This document shows, piece after piece, positions 33,798-44,339 of a stretch of 64,000 nt of DNA. The notes under the pieces were generated by a model that had not been told where the DNA came from, ran no database searches, and worked only from the letters and a program-made list of their open reading frames with translations. Both the position numbers and the translations under genes were made by a program. The stretch spans positions 1-64,000 of the forward strand of contig NZ_CM001977.1 of the NCBI RefSeq assembly GCF_000406165.1, in the 5' to 3' direction. This DNA is from Dickeya zeae NCPPB 2538. GTDB lineage: Bacteria > Pseudomonadota > Gammaproteobacteria > Enterobacterales > Enterobacteriaceae. How positions within the stretch are numbered: position 1 is the first letter of the stretch; the number at the start of each line of letters is the position of its first letter.

Positions 33798-35071
33798 ACC
33801 GCTTTGGCTGCATGAATCAGCGCAATCTGCTCTGGCGAGTAGCCCAGTTCCACCAGTACATCGTCGGTGTGTTCGCCGAGCAGCGGTGAGGCGGTAATCT
33901 CCGGTTTGAGCAACGAGAACTTGATAGGGCAGCCGACGGTCCAGTAGCTGCCACGTACTTTGTGCGGTACTTCGACGATAGAACCGCTCTTACGCAGCGA
34001 CTCGTCGTGCAGCAGCTCTTTCATCGACATCACCGGCGCACAGGGGATGCCGAACTTACCGAAGTATTCCACCGCGTCGAATTTGTTTTTGTCGGTTCTC
34101 AGAATGAAACTCTCGATGGCACCGAAAATATCCATGATGTGCGGCTGGCGGGCTTTGGGCGTGGTATAGGCCGGGTTGTCGCGCCATTCCGGGCGTTCTA
34201 TCGCATCGCAAATTGGCGTCCAGACCAGGTCTTGTACCGTGAAGTAGATGTAGGCGTTAGGGTCGGTCTCCCAGCCTTTGCACTTGAGGATCCAACCGGG
34301 CTGGCCGCCGCCACCGGCGTTACCGCCACGCGGTACCACATCGGAGAACGGTTCATGCGGATATTGCGGGTACTCTTCCAGATAGCCGACCTTATCCAGA
34401 CGCAACTGGTCGCGCATTTTGACGCGGCAGAGGTTGAGCACGGCGTCCTGCATGGCGCAGGCTACTTTCTGCCCCTTGCCGGTTTTTTGGCGGCCGATAT
34501 ACGCGGTCAGAATACCGATGGCCAAATGCATACCGGTATTGCTGTCGCCCAGCGCCGCGGCTGAAATGGTCGGTACAGCATTGTCCCCCTTCCACCAGCC
34601 AGTGGTGGATGCGGCCCCACCGGCGCATTGCGCCACGTTTTCATAGGCTCGCAGGTGCTCGTAGTGGTGGCCTTCGCTGAAGCCTTTGACAGACGCCAGG
34701 ATCATGCGAGGGTTCAGTTCCTGAATGTGCTCCCAGGTAAACCCCATGCGGTCCAGCGCGCCGGGGCCGAAGTTTTCCACCATCACGTCGGATTCTTTGA
34801 TAAGCCGGGTCAGCACTTCCTTGCCCTCGGGCTTTTTGGTATCCAGGGTCAGTGAGCGCTTGTTGCTGTTGAGCATGGTGAAATACAGCGCGTCTGCATC
34901 CGGGATGTCGCGTAATTGGTTACGGGTGATATCGCCTGAACCCGGACGTTCGATTTTGATGACATCGGCACCGAACCACGCCAGCATTTGTGTGCAGGCC
35001 GGGCCTGCCTGTACGTGGGTGAAGTCGATGATTTTGACGCCAGCCAACGGCAGATCTTTGTTGTTATTCAT
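33794..35071 (-). CDS. frc: Formyl-CoA:oxalate CoA-transferase
   Basis: The 425-aa translation is highly similar to YfdW/Frc ([35 protein letters not shown] ... [20 protein letters not shown]). Confidence 0.92.
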
Positions 35072-35109
35072 AGCACTATCTCCAGTTTATGTACGAATGA
35101 CCAAAGCGA

Positions 35110-36855
35110 TTATTTTTTGATGGCTTTGGCTGGGTTCAGGTTGGTGATGCGGCCACTTTCGGTGCCGACCGTCTCGTCGATAACCGCGTTGATAAGTGTT
35201 GGCTTACCGGAGGCAATGGCCTCGTTCATGGCGCGATGCAATTCATCCGTGGTGGTGACATGCGCGCCGACGCCGCCAAACGCCTGCATCATCATTTCGT
35301 AGCGCGCGTCTTTGACGAACACGGTGGGTGCCATGTCATCGCCACCAGAGGCGTTGGTGTCGGTCCCTTTGTAGATGCCGTTGTTGTTGAACACGACAAT
35401 GCAGACGGGCAGGTGGTAACGGCAGATCGTTTCCACTTCCATGCCGCTAAAACCGAAGGCGGAATCGCCTTCAATGGCGATAACGGGTTTACCCGTGACC
35501 ACCGCGCCGGCGACAGCAAAGCCCATGCCGATGCCCATCACCCCCCAGGTGCCGACATCCAGACGTTTGCGCGGCAGGTACATGTCGACGATGCTGCGGC
35601 CAAAATCCAGTGTGTTGGCCCCTTCGCTGACGACAATCGCTTCCGGGTTATCCTTCACGACCGCTTTCACCACGCTTAATGCACTATGGAAATTCATCGG
35701 TGATGGACGGGCGGCCAGCATGTCGGCCATCTTGTTGATGTTTTTGGCCCTGCGTTCGGCGATAACGCCGGTCCAGTCATTCGACGGCTTAGCCCAGTCA
35801 TTGCCGATGCCGTTTAGCAACGCAGTGACGCAAGAGCCGATATCACCGATAAGCGGCGCATCGATGGCGACATTGCTGTCGATTTCAGTCGGCGCGATAT
35901 CAATCTGAATAAAGTGCTTCGGCCCGTTTTCCTGCCCCCAGGTTTTGCCTTTACCGTGTGAGAGCAACCAGTTTAGGCGTGCGCCGATCAGCACCACCAC
36001 ATCCGCTTCCTTCAAGACATAGGAGCGTGTGGCGGCGGCCGATAGTTCATGCGTATCCGGCAGTAAACCTTTGGCCATCGACATCGGCAGGTAGGGAATA
36101 CCGGTTTTTTCGACCAGGGTGCGAATCTCGGCGTCAGCTCGCGCATAGGCCGCGCCTTTGCCCAGCAAAATGAGCGGTTTTTTGGCGTTTTTGAGCAACG
36201 TAAGCGCACGGGCAACCGAATCCGGGGCCGGGAGCTGGCGAGGCGCTGGGTCGACAACCTTGATGAGTGACCGGCGTCCGGTATCTCGCGGCATGGTTTG
36301 CGAGAACAATTTGGCAGGCAAATCCAGATAAACCCCGCCGGGGCGTCCGGAGACGGCGGCACGGATGGCGCGGGCGATACCGACGCCGATGTCTTCAGCC
36401 CGTAACACTCGGAAGGCGGCTTTACACAGGGGTTTAGCGATAGCCAGTTGATCCATTTCTTCGTAATCGCCTTGTTGTAAGTCGACGATTTCACGCTCGC
36501 TGGAGCCACTGATCAGGATCATCGGGAAACAGTTGGTCGTCGCGTTAGCCAGCGCGGTCAGGCCGTTCAGAAAGCCCGGTGCGGACACCGTCATACAAAT
36601 GCCGGGTTTACCGGTAAGAAAACCTGCCGCCGCCGCCGCGTTACCGGCGTGCTGTTCATGACGGAACGAAATCACTCGCAGCCCTTCTGCCTGGGCCATA
36701 CGCAGCAGATCGGTAATCGGGATACCGGGTAAGCCGAACAGGGTATCGATATTGTTGAGTTTGAGTGCCTCCAGAAAGAGGTGAAATCCATCAATCAATG
36801 TTGTTTTTTCTGATGCTGCCGCATTAGCAGTATCGATTTCGGTAATAGCAGACAT
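35110..36855 (-). CDS. oxc: Oxalyl-CoA decarboxylase (TPP-dependent)
   Basis: The 581-aa translation is collinear with E. coli YfdU/Oxc ([42 protein letters not shown]...). Confidence 0.93.
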   Translation of the reverse strand: MSAITEIDTANAAASEKTTLIDGFHLFLEALKLNNIDTLFGLPGIPITDLLRMAQAEGLRVISFRHEQHAGNAAAAAGFLTGKPGICMTVSAPGFLNGLTALANATTNCFPMILISGSSEREIVDLQQGDYEEMDQLAIAKPLCKAAFRVLRAEDIGVGIARAIRAAVSGRPGGVYLDLPAKLFSQTMPRDTGRRSLIKVVDPAPRQLPAPDSVARALTLLKNAKKPLILLGKGAAYARADAEIRTLVEKTGIPYLPMSMAKGLLPDTHELSAAATRSYVLKEADVVVLIGARLNWLLSHGKGKTWGQENGPKHFIQIDIAPTEIDSNVAIDAPLIGDIGSCVTALLNGIGNDWAKPSNDWTGVIAERRAKNINKMADMLAARPSPMNFHSALSVVKAVVKDNPEAIVVSEGANTLDFGRSIVDMYLPRKRLDVGTWGVMGIGMGFAVAGAVVTGKPVIAIEGDSAFGFSGMEVETICRYHLPVCIVVFNNNGIYKGTDTNASGGDDMAPTVFVKDARYEMMMQAFGGVGAHVTTTDELHRAMNEAIASGKPTLINAVIDETVGTESGRITNLNPAKAIKK

Positions 36856-36909
36856 AAGACCTCGCTTTTCATTTCCAATATCATGAATTTCTGTAATAGG
36901 TTTGCGTTG

Positions 36910-38217
36910 TTAGTGCGTGGTGATGAGCATTCCATCCGTTTCTTTCCAGACGGGAGGATGTTTCCAAAGCGGAATAAGAATGAGCCCGGAAAGTAACGCC
37001 ATAATGGAGGACGCAATAATGGTGAAGGGGTGGCCATAGGTAGTAATTAAATAGGCGGAGAGTACGCCGCCATAAATTCCGCCTATCCCTTTAGCAGAGG
37101 CATACAGCATGCCGTAGTTGGAGCCGGAAGCGACTTCACCGTAGTAATACCCCACGATTGACGCAAACAGTGAATATAATGCACCCCAGAAGAATATCGA
37201 TATAATGCAGCTGCTGATAAATCCTGTCGCACTGCCTGCTTGCGCCAGAAACAGCGCGATAAGCGAAAAAAGCCCGCACAGGATATAAAAGATAGTCATG
37301 GTTTTATCGATGCCGATTTTATCTGCAATCCAGCCGCCAACCACCCGGCTAAGACCGCTTGTCATTGCCATTCCGACGGTGATGACGGTACCGGCCGTCA
37401 GGCTGAAATGAAACGCAGACGCAAATTTAATGCTGTTTGAAATAAACGTTAAACCGGATGCAGAGACTAAAACGAAAGAAGCAATTAACACCCAGAACTG
37501 CCAGGTATGCATTGCTTCTCCCATACTGTATTGTTTTTCACAAGGGCGTTTTGCTACGGGATGTTTTTTTGCTGATGAGGAGGTGACATGACTCCAGCCT
37601 TTCGGCGGGTCTTTCATGAGCAACCCGGTAATAATAATCACACCGGAGATAACCGCCGCCATAATAAAAATAACATTGAAAAAGACACTGTCTGGGGCAT
37701 CTTCCGGAATGTTTCGAATAGGGAAAATAAAAGGCAATGCTCCCCAGGAGAACGCCGCGGAGATAAGGCCGATGGTGATGTTCCTGTAGTCGGGGAACCA
37801 CTTGTTACAGGTGGTGATTGCCGCGTTGTAGACAAATCCGCAGAAGAAACAGCCGATACACCAGACGGTGAGCACGATGTTATACGACAGCGTCTGCCCG
37901 AATGCGCATACCAGCAGGCCGATGCCTGAAAAAATCCCCGCCACGACGGACACCATTTTCGGCCCAAACTTGTCCCGAAAGATGCCGCCTGGCAGGGTAC
38001 CGAAGGCCTGGAAAATAACGAACATACTGAACATAAGCGATATTTTTGTTGGCTCCCAGCCATATGTTTTTGCAAAGTGCGGTGCAATAACCGACCAGGC
38101 ATATTCATAAGGGCTAATAACCGACATCGCCAGAAAGGCTAATACAAAAAGCCACCATCGGTTGAAACCGAGTATGTCCTTATCCGTTCGCTTTTGCATA
38201 GTTATTAATTCACTCAT
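36910..38217 (-). CDS. oxlT: Oxalate:formate antiporter (MFS)
   Basis: The translation from MSELITMQKRTDKDILGFNRWWLFVLAFLAMSV... has an OxlT-like MFS profile. An AGGAG ribosome-binding site lies upstream of this ATG. The track's N-terminal extension would translate the palindrome region. Confidence 0.78.
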   Translation of the reverse strand: MSELITMQKRTDKDILGFNRWWLFVLAFLAMSVISPYEYAWSVIAPHFAKTYGWEPTKISLMFSMFVIFQAFGTLPGGIFRDKFGPKMVSVVAGIFSGIGLLVCAFGQTLSYNIVLTVWCIGCFFCGFVYNAAITTCNKWFPDYRNITIGLISAAFSWGALPFIFPIRNIPEDAPDSVFFNVIFIMAAVISGVIIITGLLMKDPPKGWSHVTSSSAKKHPVAKRPCEKQYSMGEAMHTWQFWVLIASFVLVSASGLTFISNSIKFASAFHFSLTAGTVITVGMAMTSGLSRVVGGWIADKIGIDKTMTIFYILCGLFSLIALFLAQAGSATGFISSCIISIFFWGALYSLFASIVGYYYGEVASGSNYGMLYASAKGIGGIYGGVLSAYLITTYGHPFTIIASSIMALLSGLILIPLWKHPPVWKETDGMLITTH

Positions 38218-38280
38218 AATACACTCTCCTGATTTAGAGAATCTGAAAGTAAGCGTTAGGGCGAAACAGGAAGGGAATAA

Positions 38281-38300
38281 TGTGGCCATCACCATGGCCA
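38281..38300. promoter_or_regulatory. Perfect 20-bp palindrome GTGGCCATcaccATGGCCAC about 65 nt upstream of oxlT; a candidate operator
   Basis: Seen directly in the divergent oxlT / LysR-type-regulator intergenic region. Confidence 0.3.
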
Positions 38301-38855
38301 CTTATTCACAACGTGTTTACTTGGTTTATCTATTTATGATTTCTTTTATTTGCAGGTGTGTTGATTGTCTTGCTTTCCTCCATTTTTTACTTATTCCTAC
38401 GATATGACTTTACGCGATGACAACCTGTGTGTCGGATGAGTTATTGTTTACCCGGCTAATTGATTCAGTTTTTAATTATTTCCCCTGGCTACATGAAACC
38501 GGATAGTGTGTTAAATCACCGTATTTTTCTGGATGCTGATGGTGACGGTTTTAATATCAAGAGTGATTAAGGAAATGCTTATACCACTCATCATGAATAG
38601 GTCACCTGCGCCATTCAATGTTATCGACGATAAAGCAAGGTGAAACATTGTCGTTACCAGTTAATAACTAATCGTCTTTTTTTGCATTGAATACAGCCTC
38701 TTTAATAGTGTTGTACCGGTATTTGTGGCCATTTTGATAACGAGTTTGTCGTCGTCATAATAAAATTGCGCTTCGTTCTTTTTCTGGTATTTATTAATAA
38801 CCACAAGCCGTCGGCTGTGGAAATGTTTTTTTTAATCTATCGATGACTTAAAATC

Positions 38856-39752
38856 ATGAATATTTCAAATATATCGTTAAGACAGTTACGCATTTTTTTA
38901 GCCGTTGCCGAGCATCATGGCTTTAGCCGTGCAGGCAACATGATTTCCCTGACGCAATCTGCGATGAGTCACAGTATTGGTGACCTGGAAAATGAGTTGG
39001 GGATCCGGTTATTTGAACGTACGACCCGAGAGGTATTGTTAACGCAAGAAGGGGCTGAGTTGTCTGAGGCACTCCGTCGGGTGCTGGGGGAACTGGAAAC
39101 GACACTGTGTAACACTCAAAGCCGGGCGGAGCGACGACGAGGGTTAGTTCACGTCGCCACCAGTCCGACGATTTCGGCAGGGATTATGCCTGACTGTATC
39201 GCGCAGATTGCTGAGAATTATCCGCAGGTCAATCTGATTATCCATGATCGGGTACAGCAGCAGGCGATGCAGATGGTGGTGGATGGCGAGGTGGATTTCG
39301 GTGTGGTTATCGAATCTTCCGTACCCACTGATCTGTATACCGAAACGTTTATGGAGGAACCGTTCTGTCTGGTGTTGCCCGAGAGCCACCCGATTGCACG
39401 GCTAAACCGAGTGACATGGCGTGATTTGCAAAATCAGGAGCTGGTGTTGCTGGATTATGCTTCAGGTAGCCGCCCTTTAATCGATAACGCATTGATTCGT
39501 CATGGTGTTACGCCACATGTCATTCAGGAGCTTGGGCATGTCACCACCATTTTTCGTATTTTACAGTCGGGGATTGGGGTGTCGGTTATCCCACAACTGG
39601 CGTTGTCTTCCCTTGAATGCGCAGGCCTGGCCGTGCGCCAGTTATGGCCGATGGAGAACCGACGGCTGCAATTGGTACGTCGCCGCAATCGCTCGCTGTC
39701 TACCGCCGCAACCGCCGTCTGGACGTTGGTTCAGACACTGTGTCAGGCGTAG
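38856..39752 (+). CDS. LysR-family transcriptional regulator (divergent from the oxalate operon)
   Basis: The 298-aa translation has an N-terminal HTH (LRQLRIFLAVAEHHGFSRAGNMISLTQSAMSHSIGDLENELGIRLFER) and a LysR substrate-binding domain. Confidence 0.9.
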   Translation: MNISNISLRQLRIFLAVAEHHGFSRAGNMISLTQSAMSHSIGDLENELGIRLFERTTREVLLTQEGAELSEALRRVLGELETTLCNTQSRAERRRGLVHVATSPTISAGIMPDCIAQIAENYPQVNLIIHDRVQQQAMQMVVDGEVDFGVVIESSVPTDLYTETFMEEPFCLVLPESHPIARLNRVTWRDLQNQELVLLDYASGSRPLIDNALIRHGVTPHVIQELGHVTTIFRILQSGIGVSVIPQLALSSLECAGLAVRQLWPMENRRLQLVRRRNRSLSTAATAVWTLVQTLCQA

Positions 39753-40110
39753 CCTGTTAACCCGCTTTACCCATGTTAGTCAGTATTAATGGTAGATTGT
39801 TATACAATAATGAAAAAAACAGATTGATGATGGATGTGACGTACGGACAGGCAGCCTGTCTTGTCATCGGGCATGTGCTGGTTGAGTGGCCATAAAAATG
39901 CACGGTGCACCGACAGCGCTGAACCTTATCAAGGAACGGTTTACCCTATTCATTTCATTGCGCCAATATCAGAGACGGTATCAGGCTTCAGGCAGTTTCA
40001 CGCTATTCAGGGCGTTGTCGCCCAGTGGTTGCGACCGCTATGGTCGGCGTTGTGCAGCAAGACGCTCTGGTGAGATGATGAATTCTCATCACAGCCAGAA
40101 GGAATAAGCA

Positions 40111-40557
40111 GTGTCAGCACAATGGGAACAAGAGAGCTATCAGGTTTCGACGGATCCGCGGCGGCTTGACCTGGACATCATTCATGGTTATCTCACCACC
40201 TCCAGTTGGGCCGCGGGTATCGACCGGGAAACGGTCGCGCTGTCTGTCGCCAACAGCTTGTGTTTTGGGTTGTACCACCAGGCGCGTCAGATTGGTTTTG
40301 CCCGCATGGTGACGGACTTCGCCACGTTCGGTTATCTGTGTGATGTCTTTGTCTTACCTGCACATCAGGGCGCTGGGTTAGGGCGTTTTCTGGTGGAGTG
40401 CACCATCCGGCACCCGCGGTTGCAACGCTTGCGTCGTCAGTTGCTGCTGACGTCCACCGCGCCGTGGCTGTACCAGAAAATCGGATACGAGCCTATCAAT
40501 CGTCAGGACTATGCCTGGACGTTTGTTCGCAAGGATATCTACCAGCCGGGTGCGTAA
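40111..40557 (+). CDS. GNAT-family N-acetyltransferase
   Basis: The 148-aa translation (GTG start) shows a GNAT motif A-like HQGAGLGRFLVE. Confidence 0.75.
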   Translation: MSAQWEQESYQVSTDPRRLDLDIIHGYLTTSSWAAGIDRETVALSVANSLCFGLYHQARQIGFARMVTDFATFGYLCDVFVLPAHQGAGLGRFLVECTIRHPRLQRLRRQLLLTSTAPWLYQKIGYEPINRQDYAWTFVRKDIYQPGA

Positions 40558-40600
40558 CGTTCCGATACCCTGAGTTCCGGGGCGCGATCGGGTTTCGGTA

Positions 40601-41041
40601 TTAGTCCGGCGCGACCAGATTCGCCTTCATCTTCTGCAATACCCGCGCGAACTGGCGGCGTTCTTCCGCTGTTACGTCGACAAAGGCACGTTGCAGCAGC
40701 TCGGTGCGCGCCTGCGCAAAAAGACGATGGGTGTCTTCACCTTTTTTCGTGAGTAATACCACCTGTGCCCGGCGATCGGTGGGGGAAGGCTCTCGGGTGA
40801 TCAACCCCAGCGTTTCCAGCTCTTTCAGCAGGCGGGCAATCTGCGCCTTATCCCTACCCATGTACTGCACCAGAAAATGCTGGCTTTGACCTGGGTGGCG
40901 GGCAATCAATCCTAATGTACGCGCCTGAAACGGGGCGAGTCCCGTTTGCGTGAGTGCGTCGCTCTCCTGTAGCCGCTGTTTAACACCGTGGATCACTTCG
41001 CCCAGCAACTCAAACGTCTGGGTATCAAGAGTGTCATGCAT
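40601..41041 (-). CDS. MarR-family transcriptional regulator
   Basis: The 146-aa translation has a winged-HTH pattern (LTQTGLAPFQARTLGLIARHPGQSQHFLVQYMGRDKAQIARLLKELETLGLITRE). Confidence 0.85.
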   Translation of the reverse strand: MHDTLDTQTFELLGEVIHGVKQRLQESDALTQTGLAPFQARTLGLIARHPGQSQHFLVQYMGRDKAQIARLLKELETLGLITREPSPTDRRAQVVLLTKKGEDTHRLFAQARTELLQRAFVDVTAEERRQFARVLQKMKANLVAPD

Positions 41042-41148
41042 TAATTTGTTGACCTTATCAACTATTCGGTTATATGGTTGACATTATCAACCATGTGGCG
41101 GAGACCGCCGCCCATTTCATCACATCATGTCGCCGCAAGGATAAAACC

Positions 41149-41439
41149 ATGCCTTATCACTATCGTATCACGCTGGAAAATCTCACCGATAATCGCGACG
41201 ATAAGCCGCAAAATCGTTCACTGACGTTTGACGCCACCAATCATGACGATATTCTGGAAATTATTGAGAAAGTTCGGTCAAAAGGGATCTTACCGGACTC
41301 GGACGTCGCCGCGTTTTGCACAGGTCTAAAGCTATTTGGCGAAGTGATGATGGTCCACCGCAAAGAGCCGCTGTTTCGTGACCTGATCCCTGCTTTTCGG
41401 GATTTTATGCTGCGGCTGAAACGGGGGGAAACGGCCTGA
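41149..41439 (+). CDS. Small hypothetical protein (about 96 aa, DUF-type)
   Basis: The ORF is MPYHYRITLENLTDNRDDKPQNRSLTFDATNHDDILEIIEKVRSKGIL..., with an AAGGA ribosome-binding site before the ATG. The track start at 41074 is less likely. Confidence 0.45.
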   Translation: MPYHYRITLENLTDNRDDKPQNRSLTFDATNHDDILEIIEKVRSKGILPDSDVAAFCTGLKLFGEVMMVHRKEPLFRDLIPAFRDFMLRLKRGETA

Positions 41440-41600
41440 TTTATCGCGTTACGTTTCCCCGATGACATGGATGACCAGTGAAGATGAGCGAGATTCGGTG
41501 TGCTGGCTATTCGCGTAGCCTTGCTATTCGCGTAGCGGCGTACAGCTTTCTTTGTGTGCCCAGGCACGCATGGTGACATTTCAATGGGAGAACGTAATTT

Positions 41601-42569
41601 ATGCATCAGTATGCGCTGGTAGGCGATGTCGGTGGCACCAACGCCCGTCTCGCCTTGTGTGAACTGGCAAATGGGCATCTGTCGCACAGCAAACAATATG
41701 CGGTTCAGGAACACGACAGTCTGGAAGCGGCGATTCGTTTGTTTTTGACCGAACACGCGGATCTCACCATCAAAGCGGCCTGTATCGCTATCGCCTGCCC
41801 GGTGACCGGCGACTGGGTGTCGATGACCAATCACCATTGGGCGTTTTCCATTTCGGCGATGCAGCAGAACCTGGGGTTTGATCGCCTGGCCGTGATCAAC
41901 GATTTCACCGCCGTCAGCATGGCGGTGCCGGTGCTGACGCCAGAAGATGTGATTCAGCTGGGGGGCGAAGCGCCCGTGGCAGGTAAGCCGGTGGCGGTAT
42001 ACGGTGCCGGGACCGGGCTGGGTGTGGCGCATCTGTTACCGGTTGACGGGAAATGGCTGAGCCTGCCGGGTGAAGGCGGCCACGTCGATTTCGCGCCAAA
42101 TAGCGAAGAAGAGGACATCCTGTTGCAGGTGCTGCGTCAGGAGTTGGGGCATGTTTCCGCGGAGCGTGTGCTGTCCGGGCCGGGCCTGATGAATATTTAC
42201 CGCGCGATCGTTAAAGCGGATGATCGGGTGCCGGAAGCGCTGACACCGCAGATCGTGTCTGAACGCGCGCTGGCGCACAGCGATGTCGACTGTTTGCGGG
42301 CGTTGTCGTTATTTTGCGTGCTGATGGGGCGTTTTGGCGGCAATCTGGCGCTGAATCTCGGCACGTTTGGCGGCGTCTATATTGCAGGCGGCATTGTGCC
42401 ACGTTTTCTTGAGTTCTTCCGTAACTCCGGTTTTCGCGGCGCTTTTGAAGACAAAGGGCGTTTTCGCGATTATCTGGCCGATATTCCGGTGTTTATGATA
42501 ACGCACCCGCAGCCGGGGCTACTGGGTGCTGGTGCCTACCTGCGTCAGGCACTGGGGCAGACGCTGTAA
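41601..42569 (+). CDS. glk: Glucokinase
   Basis: The 322-aa translation is collinear with E. coli Glk ([16 protein letters not shown] ... [15 protein letters not shown] ...). Confidence 0.95.
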   Translation: MHQYALVGDVGGTNARLALCELANGHLSHSKQYAVQEHDSLEAAIRLFLTEHADLTIKAACIAIACPVTGDWVSMTNHHWAFSISAMQQNLGFDRLAVINDFTAVSMAVPVLTPEDVIQLGGEAPVAGKPVAVYGAGTGLGVAHLLPVDGKWLSLPGEGGHVDFAPNSEEEDILLQVLRQELGHVSAERVLSGPGLMNIYRAIVKADDRVPEALTPQIVSERALAHSDVDCLRALSLFCVLMGRFGGNLALNLGTFGGVYIAGGIVPRFLEFFRNSGFRGAFEDKGRFRDYLADIPVFMITHPQPGLLGAGAYLRQALGQTL

Positions 42570-42666
42570 CCCGCGTTATCCACCTGCCACCTTCCGTCTG
42601 GTGGTCACGCCGTCAGGTAACCCACAGGTTGCCTGACGGCAGGTATTCCCCAGAATGGGGGTAGCG

Positions 42667-42984
42667 TTATTGCAGCGGTGAGGCGGGTAAAGCAACGAGT
42701 TGCGTTTCCTCTACATTTTCGATCATCGCCATCTCAAATCCCGCCATATCGGCATGAAATGCATCGCTGGACATGTAAGCGAGTGTCGTTGCCTGAATGT
42801 CCACGCCGTCGGCATAACTCACCAGCGCCACCACCTGGCGGTCATTCTCCTGCGGGCGAAAAACACCGTGCGTTTCGATGTGAAACAGTTTCAGGCTCTC
42901 AATGTGGCGATACCAGATTTCAGCGTACTGGCTGGCCGCTGCCGCCGTTTTCAATGTGTAGGTTCTTAACTGAAAGACAGACAT
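42667..42984 (-). CDS. NIPSNAP / stress-responsive alpha-beta-barrel family protein
   Basis: The 105-aa translation MSVFQLRTYTLKTAAAASQYAEIWYRHIESLKLF... follows the ELRTYTLKPG-type pattern of NIPSNAP proteins. Confidence 0.55.
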   Translation of the reverse strand: MSVFQLRTYTLKTAAAASQYAEIWYRHIESLKLFHIETHGVFRPQENDRQVVALVSYADGVDIQATTLAYMSSDAFHADMAGFEMAMIENVEETQLVALPASPLQ

Positions 42985-43097
42985 CGTGACCTCTCCTGAT
43001 TATGTGGTGAGTACGGAGTATTGATGATCTGATGTGTGGGGAATGACGCCATTTGTGCGGGAAGGATGAGCCGAAAGCGAAAAACGCACGCAATGCG

Positions 43098-43135
43098 CCT
43101 TGTTTGCTCTTAGGAATAATTCGGAGCAAACAAGG
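43098..43135 (-). terminator. Perfect 12-bp-stem hairpin (CCTTGTTTGCTC / GAGCAAACAAGG) downstream of the ABC-LLM-CMD operon
   Basis: Seen directly. On the minus strand it is followed after 13 nt by GCGTTTTTCG, so the U-run is displaced and this is only a moderate terminator candidate. Confidence 0.35.
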
Positions 43136-43196
43136 CCAGGCATGGTGAACGGTATTCTTGTGGACGGTATTGCTGTGGACGGTACGGCTGATGTTG

Positions 43197-44339
43197 TCAG
43201 CCCCGGTTTCCCGGCCAGAACGGCTCGCCCAGCGTCAGCATCAACCGGTTGGCCCAGGCAAAAAACGCGGTGGACTGAATCAGGTCGAGAATCTCCAGTG
43301 TGTCCAGCCCTTGTTCACGCAGGCGCGCCAGATCCTGTGCGTTGGCCTGCGATGGCGTGGTGGAGAGCCGGGCGGTGAAGGTGATAATCGCCTGCCAGCG
43401 TGGGTGCTGTCCGGCGGCAAGATCTTCCCCCGGTGGTACGTCAAGCAGGCGCTGTACGGCGTCATGCTGCTTCGACAGTTGGCTGGCCTTGCGGGCGTGT
43501 ACCGAGGCGCAATAAATACAGCCGTTTACCTTGCTGACGGCGGCGGCAGCCAGTTCCCGGTCCTGACGCGGCAGTCCGCCGGACGTATAGAAGATGCCCT
43601 TGTCGGTGAGGGTGCGTTGCTCCAGCACCGGCAGGTTGCGGCCCAGCAAGCGGAAGTAGTCGGAATCGGTATGACCGAAACGCGCCAGAATCGCTTGTTC
43701 ATCTGGGGTAAATTCCGCCAGCGGTTTGGCCGGGAGCCACGGTTCCCAGCCGAGTTCACCCTGTGTAAACGCATTCGGAGCGGTTTTGCCGCTGTTGGTC
43801 AGTGCCTGGGTATGCCAGAGACCAGCGACAGCGGCGGGAACAACGGGTGCCCGTTCTTCGGCGTGACCGGCCAGTAGTCGATAGCCGTACAGCAAGCGGC
43901 TTTGAAAACTGACAAACGCGACCAGTTGCGACAGGGTGACGATATCGTCTACTGCCCAACCCGCTTGTTGCAGTGCCTGCAAGGATTCCGGTTGTGCGGA
44001 GATGGGCTGTAATGCCAGACGTTCGGCATGTTCCAGCGCCAGGTCCAGCGCTGCGCCGGGCGCCGGGGGCGGAAAATCTGCCAGCCGTTGGGCATAAAAG
44101 TGCTGTAAACGGGCGTTCTGATGCCAGCCGCTGACCTTTTCGGCGATAAAAAAGCGCAATGCCAGCGGTAACGTGTCGCTTGTCGTCTGGCTGAACAGCG
44201 CGTCGTAGCTACCTTGCGTATGCCGGGTGGCAGCATCACGCGTCGCTCTGGCCTGCGCCAGCGGCGAATCCGGGGCAATTTCCGAAAGCGTATCCACTAT
44301 ATCGAATGTTGACTGTATATCGAATGTTGACTGTGTCAT
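43197..44339 (-). CDS. Two-domain CMD/AhpD-like 'peroxidase-related' protein (CxxC-type motif VNGCIYCASVH)
   Basis: The 380-aa translation has an AhpD-like core with a conserved Cys pair. Its start overlaps the LLM stop by 4 nt. The N-terminus contains a QSTFDI-QSTFDI duplication. Confidence 0.75.
   Translation of the reverse strand: MTQSTFDIQSTFDIVDTLSEIAPDSPLAQARATRDAATRHTQGSYDALFSQTTSDTLPLALRFFIAEKVSGWHQNARLQHFYAQRLADFPPPAPGAALDLALEHAERLALQPISAQPESLQALQQAGWAVDDIVTLSQLVAFVSFQSRLLYGYRLLAGHAEERAPVVPAAVAGLWHTQALTNSGKTAPNAFTQGELGWEPWLPAKPLAEFTPDEQAILARFGHTDSDYFRLLGRNLPVLEQRTLTDKGIFYTSGGLPRQDRELAAAAVSKVNGCIYCASVHARKASQLSKQHDAVQRLLDVPPGEDLAAGQHPRWQAIITFTARLSTTPSQANAQDLARLREQGLDTLEILDLIQSTAFFAWANRLMLTLGEPFWPGNRG
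44298..44333 (-). repeat. Perfect 18-bp in-frame tandem duplication (TATATCGAATGTTGACTG x2) in the N-terminus of the CMD-like gene
   Basis: Seen directly. It encodes QSTFDI twice, immediately after the start codon. Confidence 0.85.

Noticed and set aside
38218-38301. N-terminal extension of oxlT (MAMVMATLF...)
   Set aside because: The extension is simply the translation of the 20-bp palindrome GTGGCCATcaccATGGCCAC. The downstream ATG (MSELITMQ) has an AGGAG ribosome-binding site.
39753-40110. Small ORFs (70 and 73 aa) between the LysR gene and the GNAT gene
   Set aside because: They overlap each other in different frames, have no ribosome-binding site or recognisable motif, and the region looks like a promoter/UTR with a hairpin (GACAGGC-a-GCCTGTC).
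43158-43877. 239-aa ORF antisense to the CMD-like gene
   Set aside because: It overlaps the minus-strand CMD-like gene, which has conserved AhpD-type motifs. It is a reverse-frame artefact.
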